This document shows, in pieces, positions 22,708 through 33,661 of a DNA stretch of 64,000 bases. Every line of letters starts with the position of its first letter. Position 1 is the stretch's first letter. Location of the stretch: assembly GCA_040954595.2 (NCBI GenBank), contig CM082585.2, forward strand, positions 1,828,902 through 1,892,901, read 5' to 3'. Below the pieces are notes generated by a model that saw only the letters and a list, made by a program, of their open reading frames with translations, did not search any database and was not told the DNA's origin. The DNA comes from Balanoglossus misakiensis (taxonomy: Eukaryota; Animalia; Hemichordata). Both the position numbers and the translations under genes were made by a program.

Positions 22708-25161
22708 ATGCCAAAATCAACACTAAAAGAATTAAGCCAGAAAGAGACCAACACCTACCACGATGTTACCACTCAAGTTAAACTAATCTACTATGAAAAT
22801 ACCTCGACCAACGAAAAATTTAAACGGGCTGTGGTGGCAGACCACACCGCTGCCACCACTCTGTATATCTGGTCAACCAGAGAAGACACGTTGTCTTTAT
22901 TGAGAGCAAATGAAGGAAGTACACTATTTCTTGGTCCGAAAATTTACGTGCGTTCCAACGGGATTTCCATCAACCAAGGCTCCACCTTGGCTGTTAATAG
23001 GGTGGACCTCAACATTCCTGAAAGTGTCGCAACCGAGGCTCACGGACTTCGCTGTCGCATGACAGAGCAAGCACCCACTGCTGCTGTTGTCACTATGGCC
23101 GCAGCAATTGCCGACAACACCAATTATCACAACATATCAGGAACTGTAGTAAGGGTAAGTTTACACTTAAAATGCTCACTCATTTCACAATTCACCCATT
23201 TTCGCCCTAGATATTTCGCGGCCAACAACAATCTCACGTAATCGGATTACCCGCCCACTTCCATTGTCACGAATAAACTCTGCCACAAATCAACACCAAC
23301 ACGTTACTTTAATTGACGTAGTCGTGTTTTCCACAAGATCACGAACATTTCGCTTACGCTTTATTGACTTCATTCACTCCTCTGTTACCCATATATACAA
23401 TGACCGTCTTCGTTTTCCCGACGTTACACGACCTTCACCACAGCTGGTCACGTACCGTACACCGAACAACCGCGTATGCAATGCTATTCCACGTCGTGAA
23501 GATCCCTCGATGCACAGGAGAGGGGTCCGTTCCCTATCGACCTCGAAGGGTAGAAAGGTCCGTTTCCTATTGACTTCTACCCCCACCTCACCTTTTCCCG
23601 ACCGTTCATCTCACAAACCTCATGGTACACTCTTTACCGTTTTCCATTTGTTTATTACTTCTTCTGTCTTTTAGGTTCAAAACACCAAAGCCACCCACAC
23701 CCGGTACGGCAAATTACCACGCAGAACTATTGGACTTGGAGACAGCTCAGGGGTGTACAAACTAACCGTATGGGGAGATCTTACGAAGTGTGAGCTCACC
23801 ACTGGTGATGTTATAACTATTACCAATGTGAAGAAAGCTGCCTCGTTCAACAACCGCCTCACATCCAGGCAATCCACCACAATATCAGTATCGGTAAGTA
23901 CTTCACTGATCAGTCAATACAATACACAATACAGTGTATACCAACAGGAAATTGTCCTGGTACCACCCCTTTCGTTTTCAGGTATTATGTTCACTACAAA
24001 CAACTTGACTATACTGAAACTGTCCACTGTTTTTCCTGTATTCCCTGCTCAAACAATTCATTACAATATTCACATTTCTTTTTCTTTGCCCATGACAACA
24101 TATAGTGAATCCACAAGTAACATTTCAATACTATTCCAAACTTTCGTTTCCACTTTTCCAAATGCGTTCAGTACTTTGTTTTGCAATCAAAGCTTCTTCC
24201 TCAGAGCTACATTATTCAACATAATAGTAGACAACATATATTATCCGCTGTTGTCATTATTCAGTTCTTCAAACATCCAATTCAGCATCTACATTTCCAG
24301 ACACACGAACCACAGCTTCATTTATCAAAAACACACGCAGGTAATCTAATCTTTCCCTAATTCTATTTCAGGCTCATGAAACCCTATCACACCAAAACAC
24401 TACAGACACCTTATCGGCGGATTCCGATGACAGCTCAAACTGGACAACCGGGACATTACAAGGGCTCTCCAATCTACAGAGAGTTCTCTTATGTGCAGAT
24501 GCGCCTCGGTGCAATGGATTTCTCAATGACAGCAACAGGTAATCCAAAATTCCTCTTCATCCGCACTTACCACCAGCCCCTCAATACCTTGTGTGCAGAC
24601 ACCAGCTGAGCTATACATAGCAGTTTTTTCATGCAATGTCCCATTTTCAGACATAAGCCATTCCGCTGGAAAAATTTACCAGTGCACAGCCACTCAATAA
24701 CATCTCTTCCTTATATCCCAACAATCCAATTGGCTTCCTTACAACTAAATATTCACATGACATCCGTAACATCCCTTATTCAACTTTACTTCAATACTTA
24801 TATTCTTCCACATTACTGCATGTTACACCCTTTCCACATCAGCCAGCAATCAACATATTTATTCCACCAACTTCAACATTGCCTATTTCTCATTTCTTTC
24901 AGATGTCGTTTCTGCAGAAAGAATAAAAGCCCATCCTGCAGACCAGGCACAATACTTTCCCTCTTAATACAAACCGGTGATGACCTTGACACATACAAGA
25001 TCTACCCAAAGGAGACCAAGTATTTACTCAGAAAATTCTCCATTAACCCCGTCAACACCACCCAGAAACAACTGCAGGACGCCGTCACCGACATCTGCGA
25101 TGGACGCGAGCTCCAATTTAAGGCCAACTCTGCCAACACCATCACCACTTTCAAAAACTAG
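22708..25161 (+). CDS. Spliced RPA70-like OB-fold ssDNA-binding protein (~363 aa): exons 22708-23154, 23675-23893, 24372-24538, 24903-25161
   Basis: All introns GT-AG with pyrimidine tracts and phases 0,0,2, giving one open frame. OB-like segments (RAVVADHTAATTLYIW; RTIGLGDSSGVYKLTVWGD...GDVITITNV) and a Zn ribbon CADAPRC...CRFC split by intron 3. Confidence 0.78.
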
Positions 25162-25868
25162 TGTTTTTCAACGTACTGCCTTCATTTGCTCTCCATTCCA
25201 CAACCCTTTCCCGATTACACACTTTACCAGCGCTCCCTCCATTCATTCATTATAACATTTCCTTCCCTGCTTTTTTTATTACACTTGAAGACATTTTTTA
25301 GTGACACATTCTTTTTATTTCACATGCTTTTAGTTATTTGTTCAGTTTGTCATTTTCTTTCTTGCCTTTTTTTTATGTGACATTCACATTTCTCTACTTG
25401 ATTTGACATTTTTCACTGTTTTTTTCCCCTAGGTTAGACAATTTTTGACTGCTTCATTTAATTAGACATTTTTTCCAATGATTTTTTTATTTCAGTTTAC
25501 ACGTTCTTCAGTGATACATTTTATATTTAACATTTCTTTAGTATTTTGTACCATTCAACATAATTTATACTTGTTACTGTTCTCTTTATTTACTTTGACA
25601 TTTTTTACTGCTTCCATTACATTTTTTATTGCGTCATTCAATTTCATTTCTTTAAAACAATTTATATGCAACACAACTCATTCCCATTGTTATATTTATT
25701 ACTTTACATGATTTATAATTAAACTACAGAAAACGTACACTGCCTGCTCCCTTCTTTCGTGCTTAAACATTGAATTTCAGTATGCTGCCCAATTCAGCAA
25801 AATAGACACTGGATGCCTTACCTACCTCTGCTACTGTGGCACCCCTCATCTCCGTACTCCACTGTTTA

Positions 25869-25895
25869 AATGGGACCACAGTGTCCTTGACGCTA
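25869..25895 (+). repeat. Helentron 3' subTIR plus terminal stem-loop
   Basis: aatgggacc is the reverse complement of ggtcccatt (9392-9400). It is followed by agtgtc-ctt-gacgct (25880-25894, one G:T pair), then A and the T-run. Confidence 0.85.
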
Positions 25896-28205
25896 TTTTT
25901 GATGATTTTCACCCATATTATTTTTCAAAAACCGACGAAATTTTGAAATTTTGCAGTCGAAAATTTGTCATTTTTTGATGATTTTCACCCATGTTTTTTT
26001 TTTAAAATGGACGAAATTTTGAGATTTTGCAAAGTCGAAAATTTGTCATTTTTTGATTATTTTCACCCATGATTTTTTTCAAAAATCGACGAAATGTTGA
26101 GATTTTGCAAAGTCGAAAATTTGTAATTTTTTGATGATTTTCACCCATGATTTTTTTCAAAAATCGACGAAATTGTGAGATTTTGCAAAGTCGATAATTT
26201 GTCATTATTTGATGATTTTCCCCCAATGGTTTTTTTCAAAATCGACGAAATTTTGAGATTTTGCAAAGTCGAAAATTTGTCATTTTTTGATGATTTTCCC
26301 CCATGTTTTTTTTTTAAAATGGACGAAATTTTGAGATTTTGCAAAGTCGAAAATTTGTCATTTTTTGATGATTTTCACCCATGATTTTTTTAAAAAATCG
26401 ACGAAATTGTGAGATTTTGCAAAGTCAAAAATTTGTCATTTTTTGATGATTTTCACCCATGTTTTTTTTTTAAAAAAACGACGAACCTATGATTTTTTTC
26501 AAAATCGACGAAATTTTGAGATTTTGCAAAGTCGAAAATTTGTCATTTTTTGATGATTTTCCGCAATGATTTTTTTCAAAAATCGACGAAATGTTGAGAT
26601 TTTGCAAAGTCGAAAATTTGTCATTTTTTGATGATTTTCTCCCATGATTTTTTTCAAAAATCGACGAAATTGTGAGATTTTGCAAAGTCGAAAATTTGTC
26701 ATTTTTTGATGATTTTCACCCATGTTTTTTTTTAAATCGACGAACCTATGATTTTTTTTTAAATCGACGAAATTTTGAGATTTTGCAAAGTCGAAAATTT
26801 GTCATTTTTTGATGATTTTCACCCATGATTTTTTTCAAAAATCGACGAAATTGTGAGATTTTGCAAAGTCGATAATTTTGTCATTTTTTGATGATTTTCA
26901 ACCATATTATTTTTCAAAAACCGACGAAATTTTGAGATTTTGCATAGACGAAAATTTGTCATTTTTTGATGATTTTTACCCATGATTTTTTTTCAAAAAT
27001 GGACGAAATTTTGAGATTTTGCAAAGTCGAAAATTTGTCATTTTTTGATGATTTTCACCCATGATTTTTTTCAAAAATCGACGAAATGTTGAGATTTTGC
27101 AAAGTCGAAAATTTGTCATTTTTTGATGATTTTCACCCATGATTTTTTTCAAAAATCGACGAAATTGTGAGATTTTGCAAAGTCGATAATTTGTCATTTT
27201 TTGATGATTTTCCCCCATGTTTTTTTTTAAAATCGACGAAATTTTGAGAATTTGCAAAGTCGAAAATTTGTCATTTTTTGATGATTTTCACCCATGATTT
27301 TTTTCAAAAATCGACGAAATTGTGAGATTTTGCAAAGTCAAAAATTTGTCATTTTTTGATGATTTTCATCCATGTTTTTTTTTTAAAAAAAAGACGAACC
27401 TATGATTTTTTTCAAAATCGACGAAATTTTGAGATTTTGCAAAGTCGAAAATTTTGTCATTTTTTGATGATTTTCACCCATGATTTTTTCAAAAATTGAC
27501 GAAATTTTGAGATTTTGCAAAGTCGAAAATTTGTCATTTTTTGATGATTTTCACCCATGATTTTTTTCAAAAATCGACGAAATGTTGAGATTTTGCAAAG
27601 TCGAAAATTTGTCATTTTTTGATGATTTTCACCCAAGATTTTTTTCAAAAATCGACGAAATGTTGAGATTTTGCAAAGTCGAAAATTTGTCATTTTTTGA
27701 TGATTTTCATCCATGATTTTTTTCAAAAATCGACGAAATGTTGAGATTTTGCAGTCAAAAATTTGTCATTTTTTGATGATTTTCACCTATGATTTTTTTC
27801 AAAAATCGACGAAATGTTGAGATTTTGCAAAGTCGAAAATTTGTCATTTTTTGATGATTTTCTCCCATGATTTTTTTCAAAAATCGACGAAATTGTGAGA
27901 TTTTGCAAAGTCGAAAATTTGTCATTTTTTGATGATTTTCACCCATGTTTTTTTTTTTAAATCGACGAACCTATGATTTTTTTCAAAATCGACGAAATTT
28001 TGAGATTTTGCAAAGTCGAAAATTTGTCATTTTTTGATGATTTTCACCCATGATTTTTTTCAAAAATCGACGAAATGTTGAGATTTTGCAAAGTCGATAA
28101 TTTGTCATTTTTTGATGATTTTCCCCCAATGGTTTTTTTCAAAAATCGACGAAATTGTGAGATTTTGCAAAGTCGATAATTTGTCATTTTTTAATGATTT
28201 TCCCC
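25896..28205. repeat. 78-bp satellite DNA array, segment 2
   Basis: Same monomer and orientation as segment 1. Confidence 0.98.
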
Positions 28206-28311
28206 AATTATTTGAGATCTCTCTAACACACAAAACAAGGACACAGGTTTGGCAGCTGAAGGCAAGAGCCATTATTTATTTACGTGAACTGGGTGCTCTT
28301 GCAGGCCCAAC
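28206..28311 (-). repeat. Split direct repeat B2 (106 bp, element 3' end; contains AATAAA on the sense strand)
   Basis: Matches 28624-28729, 35015-35120 and 40672-40777 with ~3 substitutions. Confidence 0.92.
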
Positions 28312-28459
28312 ACAACTGGGAATAACAACTCGCAATGATGAAAGGACCATTGCAAAATACATGGATGAAAAAGGTTACAATCGTGAAGTACAGTATTGAC
28401 CAGAGAACCACTGTAAATCTGCAAATACACATCTTATTTGTTGAGGGCGGGCGGGTGGG

Positions 28460-28623
28460 GAAATTGAGGCAGAGAGAGCGAGCATTGCAGGACACGCTCA
28501 GAACCCTTGAAGTGGTCGTGAGTGATGGATTATGGGATTTTTGAGGCTCGTTTGAGGTTGAGGGCGCCCCTTTTCGAGTTGCTTAATTGGGTAACATTAT
28601 GCCGTTGATCGCAATGTTACCTA
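28460..28623 (-). repeat. Split direct repeat A2 (164 bp)
   Basis: Matches 45425-45588 (A1), 34851-35014 and 40508-40671; abuts B1 at ...gttaccta|aattacttgag. Confidence 0.92.
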
Positions 28624-28773
28624 AATTACTTGAGATCTCTCTAACACACAAACCAAGGACACAGGTTTGGCAGCTGAAGGCAAGAGCCATTATTTATTTA
28701 CGTGAACTGGGGGCTCTTGCAGGCCCAACCACTGCCAAACCCGGTCCGCCTCTCTGCTAGTGCCACAGTAAAA

Positions 28774-29799
28774 TCAGTGTGACGCGGAGATGTCTTTAAG
28801 ATGCTGACCCATTTGAAAGGACACCAGATAACGAGTCTGAAATGGAATGTTAAGATAACGGAGATACGCGCTGGATTGCCAATCCCCTTGGAGTTTGATA
28901 AGCTCCCCAGGGACCCCACTTTCGAATGCAAAGGTTGCACCCCCACGACGGAGGCTGTGACCTGAGTACATGTCAGCAGGAAAGCCTGCCCTCTGAACTA
29001 AACATTTGATACTTTTCACCAGCCCTGAATGGGTCAAGGGGACCAATTTGCCACATTTGGGAAAAACAAATGCTGGGCTAGAGGGTGGGGCTGGGATGAT
29101 CTCACACATGTGATTGTATGCCTGTAAAGGGCACAACACCGAACCTGGAATGTGGGCAAGTGGAATAGTCAAACAGCGTTCGCGAAACTGAATGGTTTTT
29201 GACCAAGTCACGCCGATTATAAGGCCAGAATCTGAGGAAATGACTTTACCCCTACAGAGGTGTTTAGCCGGATCAAAGTCGGTTGCAGACTTCGGAACAA
29301 GATTTGACTTGCGAAAAAAGGAGAAAAACCCTATCAAAAGGCATGCCCACAAAGTAACATCGAATGGAACAGCCACATCTAGAAGCCCGAAAAACTGTAG
29401 CAACAACTGGGGGGTGATGGGTAATTTCTGCCTCACTGGCTGGAAAGTGCTACGGGAAAGACATTTCAAAAGTAATTTGACAACATACTGATCAGCGGCC
29501 AATGGCGTGAAGCCATGGATTCTATGCAAGGTACGAATTGCGTACAAATAATTCTGAATGGTGCCAGTAGCAGTTACTGATCTTGCAAGAAACTGGATAA
29601 ATCTACACACTGTAAGAACAGATGCTGGAACAGGAGTAAAATTGAAAAACTGACAAAACAGGAAGTAACTCTTCAACTGTGACGACAAATTCCGACGAGT
29701 TCCTTCCGCTAATGCTGACCTCATTGAGATAGCGATTTGAGCGTCTAAGGCTTGGATAGTTTGGCAGTGATCTGAAATAAAAATAAAATCAGTCACCAC
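28774..29799 (-). CDS. Tyrosine recombinase (unit 1, intact)
   Basis: FFSFFRKSNL (R), WSKT (K), SGHSLRRGGAT (HxxR), GDW and AYLRY (Y). The real start may be the ATG of MRSALAEGT. Confidence 0.95.
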   Translation of the reverse strand: MVTDFIFISDHCQTIQALDAQIAISMRSALAEGTRRNLSSQLKSYFLFCQFFNFTPVPASVLTVCRFIQFLARSVTATGTIQNYLYAIRTLHRIHGFTPLAADQYVVKLLLKCLSRSTFQPVRQKLPITPQLLLQFFGLLDVAVPFDVTLWACLLIGFFSFFRKSNLVPKSATDFDPAKHLCRGKVISSDSGLIIGVTWSKTIQFRERCLTIPLAHIPGSVLCPLQAYNHMCEIIPAPPSSPAFVFPKCGKLVPLTHSGLVKSIKCLVQRAGFPADMYSGHSLRRGGATFAFESGVPGELIKLQGDWQSSAYLRYLNIPFQTRYLVSFQMGQHLKDISASH

Positions 29800-32132
29800 T
29801 CATTGAGAAAGCGAATGTCATCCTCGGCGACTGGGTGCTCGGTCATTTGAGAAATATTAACAGATGATTTGAAGAGTTGCTCATAACTTGGGTCAAGATG
29901 CCAGCGACTGAGCGCATCAGCCAGCCGGTTCTCGGTGCCTGCGATGTGCACAGCACGTAGCTCAAACTCGTGAATCGCTGCTACCAGCCATAATTCCCTC
30001 AAGCAAGACAGCATTAGTTTATCCCTAGCTCTACCGGTATTAATGACCCAAACTGTTGCCTGGTTGTCGCAAGAGACCTGTATTTTCTTTCCAGACCATC
30101 TATCACCCCAAATTTTTGCCGCTATAGTAATAGTGAGTAATTCGAGGGCATTAATGTGAGGGTCCCCAACCTTTACAAAGTCAGGGAACTCCACGTGGAA
30201 ATACTCGTTGTCGCAAAGCCCCCCTCCCCCTTTTGGGCATGCATCCGAAGAAAATATTTCATCTGGCGGGCACCAACCTGACTCTTTAATGAGAGACACC
30301 CCATTATAAACCCTAATGAAATTAATCCACCACCGTAGATCTGCCTTGAAATCACTGTTTAGATAGATATGGTAGTGATTGCGGGTGACGGTACGCAACA
30401 CATCTAGCATTCTCGCCAGGAATAGCCTACCAGGCTTGACACATTTGGCAATAAAGGAAAGCTTGCCTATGAGTGATTGCAGCTCGCGCTTAGTTGCTTT
30501 TGTTTTAGTGACCCATACACCCAGCTCTTGCTCTATTTCATTAAGCCGGTCAGGAGTAACTTCCATAGTCATTGTAAGGGAGTTCAACTGGATTCCAAGA
30601 AAAGTCATGATTGATGACGGGGGCACCGCTTTGTGTTTGGCTTCTTGCAAACCCAGTCTATCCAGCGTGTCACCTAGCTCCGCAAATGCCTTGTGGGCTT
30701 TGTTGGAGGTCTCTGCACCACCGAAGTCGTCAAGGTAATTAACACAGTCATACCCTTTCGTGGAATAGATATAAGAAACCGCATTAGTGGTGCGCTGGCA
30801 GGCTAGCGCTGCGGTTCGCAAGCCAAATGGCAATGTAAGGTCAAAGAACAATAAATTACGCCACGTGTAGCCCAGCAAATGGTAGTCCGCTGGATCGACT
30901 GGTATTTGCCGATAAGCTCTGCTTAAATCGCGCTTAAATAGGAGGCATCCCCTGCCCTTACGGGTCATCATTGCAGTGAAATCATCAATGGAAGGATATT
31001 GAAGCTGAAAACTCTCCCCAAGATATTCCCCTTTGGGGATACCGTCATTTACTGAATGGTGGATTGGGGAACTAAGATCAAAGACTATACGCCGATTAAC
31101 ACTATCTTTTTTTTCGACAGTCTGAATGGGGGAAGTACTGAGTGGTGTGGCAAGGGGGTTAGTTAAGAACGGACCCGCTGTAGCCCCGGCTGCGACTTCG
31201 TTAATGATCCAGTTGTCGACATGCGCCGAGTAATTTATAGCTGATGGGTGGTTTTTCACTGTAGAGTATGGCAATTCTGAGGCTGTATAGTAGACGGGCC
31301 AACCATATTGTAGGTAATCGCAGATGATTTTGTCATCATATTGCTGCAATTCGGCTCGCCAAATTGGGATTTGAAGATTTGATGAAACGGGTATTCTGCA
31401 AAATTGAGAATTTGGTAAACCTGATTCAACAACTATGTCATGAACGGTTATAACTTCTGTTAAATCAGGGGGTGACGCTTGTGGCCATGACGACGGGGGA
31501 CAGACATCCCCGCCCACGGGAGTATCTGATAACTCAGAATACTGCATATCATTGCCCAGTGGATAAGTGTCTGGAACACTGTGATCAACAAGGGTGGGGT
31601 TGGGAGGCCCCATATTTGGAACATTTTCCACAGTAAACATATCACTAACAAAGACATCGTGGTCATCACTGATCATACCGTCAGATGAACCATGAGCGCT
31701 AATCTCACATGCAAATTCAGTGGTATCACCGACGGTATGGGCTAGTGATTCAATAGGGATTTGCTTGTCAAGATCAGTCTCAATATCAGGTTCTATCAAA
31801 TCAACTGTATGAGTTTTACAAAGGTATTTGTCAACATTATCCCTGCTAACAGAGGTATCAAAACAACCTGTGTGTTCAGAGGCAACATTGGCAATGGTAC
31901 ATGTTACTGGCTCGTCAATCGAAAGCACTGGTTCAGAAATACTATTAGGGTTAACAATAGCATCCCGCAAAACCTCCGGGTTGCACATTGACAGGCTTCT
32001 TGAAATATCAATCTCCATGTCAGTTTGTACAGAGCGATCACACTTGTGCACTGCCTGATCTGTGATGCCCATCAATGTATAAAAGTCATTGATATTACAC
32101 TCCGTGCCTGCACTTTTGACTCTATGGTTCAA
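29793..32132 (-). CDS. Reverse transcriptase-RNase H (unit 1), preceded by an acidic linker
   Basis: KRDLSRAYRQIP, LPFGLR, YLDDF, FLGI; RNase H SDAC, INALEL, CDN, NRLADALSR. Confidence 0.95.
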   Translation of the reverse strand: MNHRVKSAGTECNINDFYTLMGITDQAVHKCDRSVQTDMEIDISRSLSMCNPEVLRDAIVNPNSISEPVLSIDEPVTCTIANVASEHTGCFDTSVSRDNVDKYLCKTHTVDLIEPDIETDLDKQIPIESLAHTVGDTTEFACEISAHGSSDGMISDDHDVFVSDMFTVENVPNMGPPNPTLVDHSVPDTYPLGNDMQYSELSDTPVGGDVCPPSSWPQASPPDLTEVITVHDIVVESGLPNSQFCRIPVSSNLQIPIWRAELQQYDDKIICDYLQYGWPVYYTASELPYSTVKNHPSAINYSAHVDNWIINEVAAGATAGPFLTNPLATPLSTSPIQTVEKKDSVNRRIVFDLSSPIHHSVNDGIPKGEYLGESFQLQYPSIDDFTAMMTRKGRGCLLFKRDLSRAYRQIPVDPADYHLLGYTWRNLLFFDLTLPFGLRTAALACQRTTNAVSYIYSTKGYDCVNYLDDFGGAETSNKAHKAFAELGDTLDRLGLQEAKHKAVPPSSIMTFLGIQLNSLTMTMEVTPDRLNEIEQELGVWVTKTKATKRELQSLIGKLSFIAKCVKPGRLFLARMLDVLRTVTRNHYHIYLNSDFKADLRWWINFIRVYNGVSLIKESGWCPPDEIFSSDACPKGGGGLCDNEYFHVEFPDFVKVGDPHINALELLTITIAAKIWGDRWSGKKIQVSCDNQATVWVINTGRARDKLMLSCLRELWLVAAIHEFELRAVHIAGTENRLADALSRWHLDPSYEQLFKSSVNISQMTEHPVAEDDIRFLNEW

Positions 32133-33661
32133 TTTAGGAATTAAATTGCTGTCACAGTCATGAGAGTCTTGTTTAGACTTATCTACCTCTGCTTTAAATC
32201 AAGGGGTGACGCTTGTGGCCATGACGACGGGGGACAGACATCCCCGCCCACGGGAGTATCTGATAACTCAGAATACTGCATATCATTGCCCAGTGGATAA
32301 GTGTCTGGAACACTGTGATCAACAAGGGTGGGGTTGGGAGGCCCCATATTTGGAACATTTTCCACAGTAAACATATCACTAACAAAGACATCGTGGTCAT
32401 CACTGATCATACCGTCAGATGAACCATGAGCGCTAATCTCACATGCAAATTCAGTGGTATCACCGACGGTATGGGCTAGTGATTCAATAGGGATTTGCTT
32501 GTCAAGATCAGTCTCAATATCAGGTTCTATCAAATCAACTGTATGAGTTTTACAAAGGTATTTGTCAACATTATCCCTGCTAACAGAGGTATCAAAACAA
32601 CCTGTGTGTTCAGAGGCAACATTGGCAATGGTACATGTTACTGGCTCGTCAATCGAAAGCACTGGTTCAGAAATACTACTAGGGTTAACAATAGCATCCC
32701 GCAAAACCTCCGGGTTGCACATTGACAGGCTTCTTGAAATATCAATCTCCATGTCAGTTTGTACAGAGCGATCACACTTGTGCACTGCCTGATCTGTGAT
32801 GCCCATCAATGTATAAAAGTCATTGATATTACACTCCGTGCCTGCACTTTTGACTCTATGGTTCAATTTAGGAATTAAATTGCTGTCACAGTCATGAGAG
32901 TCTTGTTTAGACTTATCTACCTCTGCTTTAAATCAAGGGGTGACGCTTGTGGCCATGACGACGGGGGACAGACATCCCCGCCCACGGGAGTATCTGATAA
33001 CTCAGAATACTGCATATCATTGCCCAGTGGATAAGTGTCTGGAACACTGTGATCAACAAGGGTGGGGTTGGGAGGCCCCATATTTGGAACATTTTCCACA
33101 GTAAACATATCACTAACAAAGACATCGTGGTCATCACTGATCATACCGTCAGATGAACCATGAGCGCTAATCTCACATGCAAATTCAGTGGTATCACCGA
33201 CGGTATGGGCTAGTGATTCAATAGGGATTTGCTTGTCAAGATCAGTCTCAATATCAGGTTCTATCAAATCAACTGTATGAGTTTTACAAAGGTATTTGTC
33301 AACATTATCCCTGCTAACAGAGGTATCAAAACAACCTGTGTGTTCAGAGGCAACATTGGCAATGGTACATGTTACTGGCTCGTCAATCGAAAGCACTGGT
33401 TCAGAAATACTACTAGGGTTAACAATAGCATCCCGCAAAACCTCCGGGTTGCACATTGACAGGCTTCTTGAAATATCAATCTCCATGTCAGTTTGTACAG
33501 AGCGATCACACTTGTGCACTGCCTGATCTGTGATGCCCATCAATGTATAAAAGTCATTGATATTACACTCCGTGCCTGCACTTTTGACTCTATGGTTCAA
33601 TTTAGGAATTAAATTGCTGTCACAGTCATGAGAGTCTTGTTTAGACTTATCTACCTCTGCT
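31460..33661. repeat. Internal tandem repeat, 3 x 734 bp, in the gag-RT linker of unit 1
   Basis: 'ttaaatca(g/a)ggggtgac' at 31460, 32194 and 32928; near-identical copies. Confidence 0.96.

Larger units (their letters stand above)
9391..25895 (+). mobile_element. Full-length Helentron (Helitron2-type rolling-circle transposon), ~16.5 kb
   Basis: 5' hairpin/subTIR at 9391-9427; matching 3' subTIR aatgggacc (25869-25877) followed by a stem-loop. T-runs on both flanks, with the satellite phase continuous across the element (gtcatttttt | tttttgatgattttc). Encodes Rep-helicase-endonuclease. Confidence 0.93.

Noticed and set aside
32183-32866. 227-aa ORF as an independent gene
   Set aside because: It is the middle copy of the 734-bp linker repeat, with a non-ATG start and a junction-created stop.
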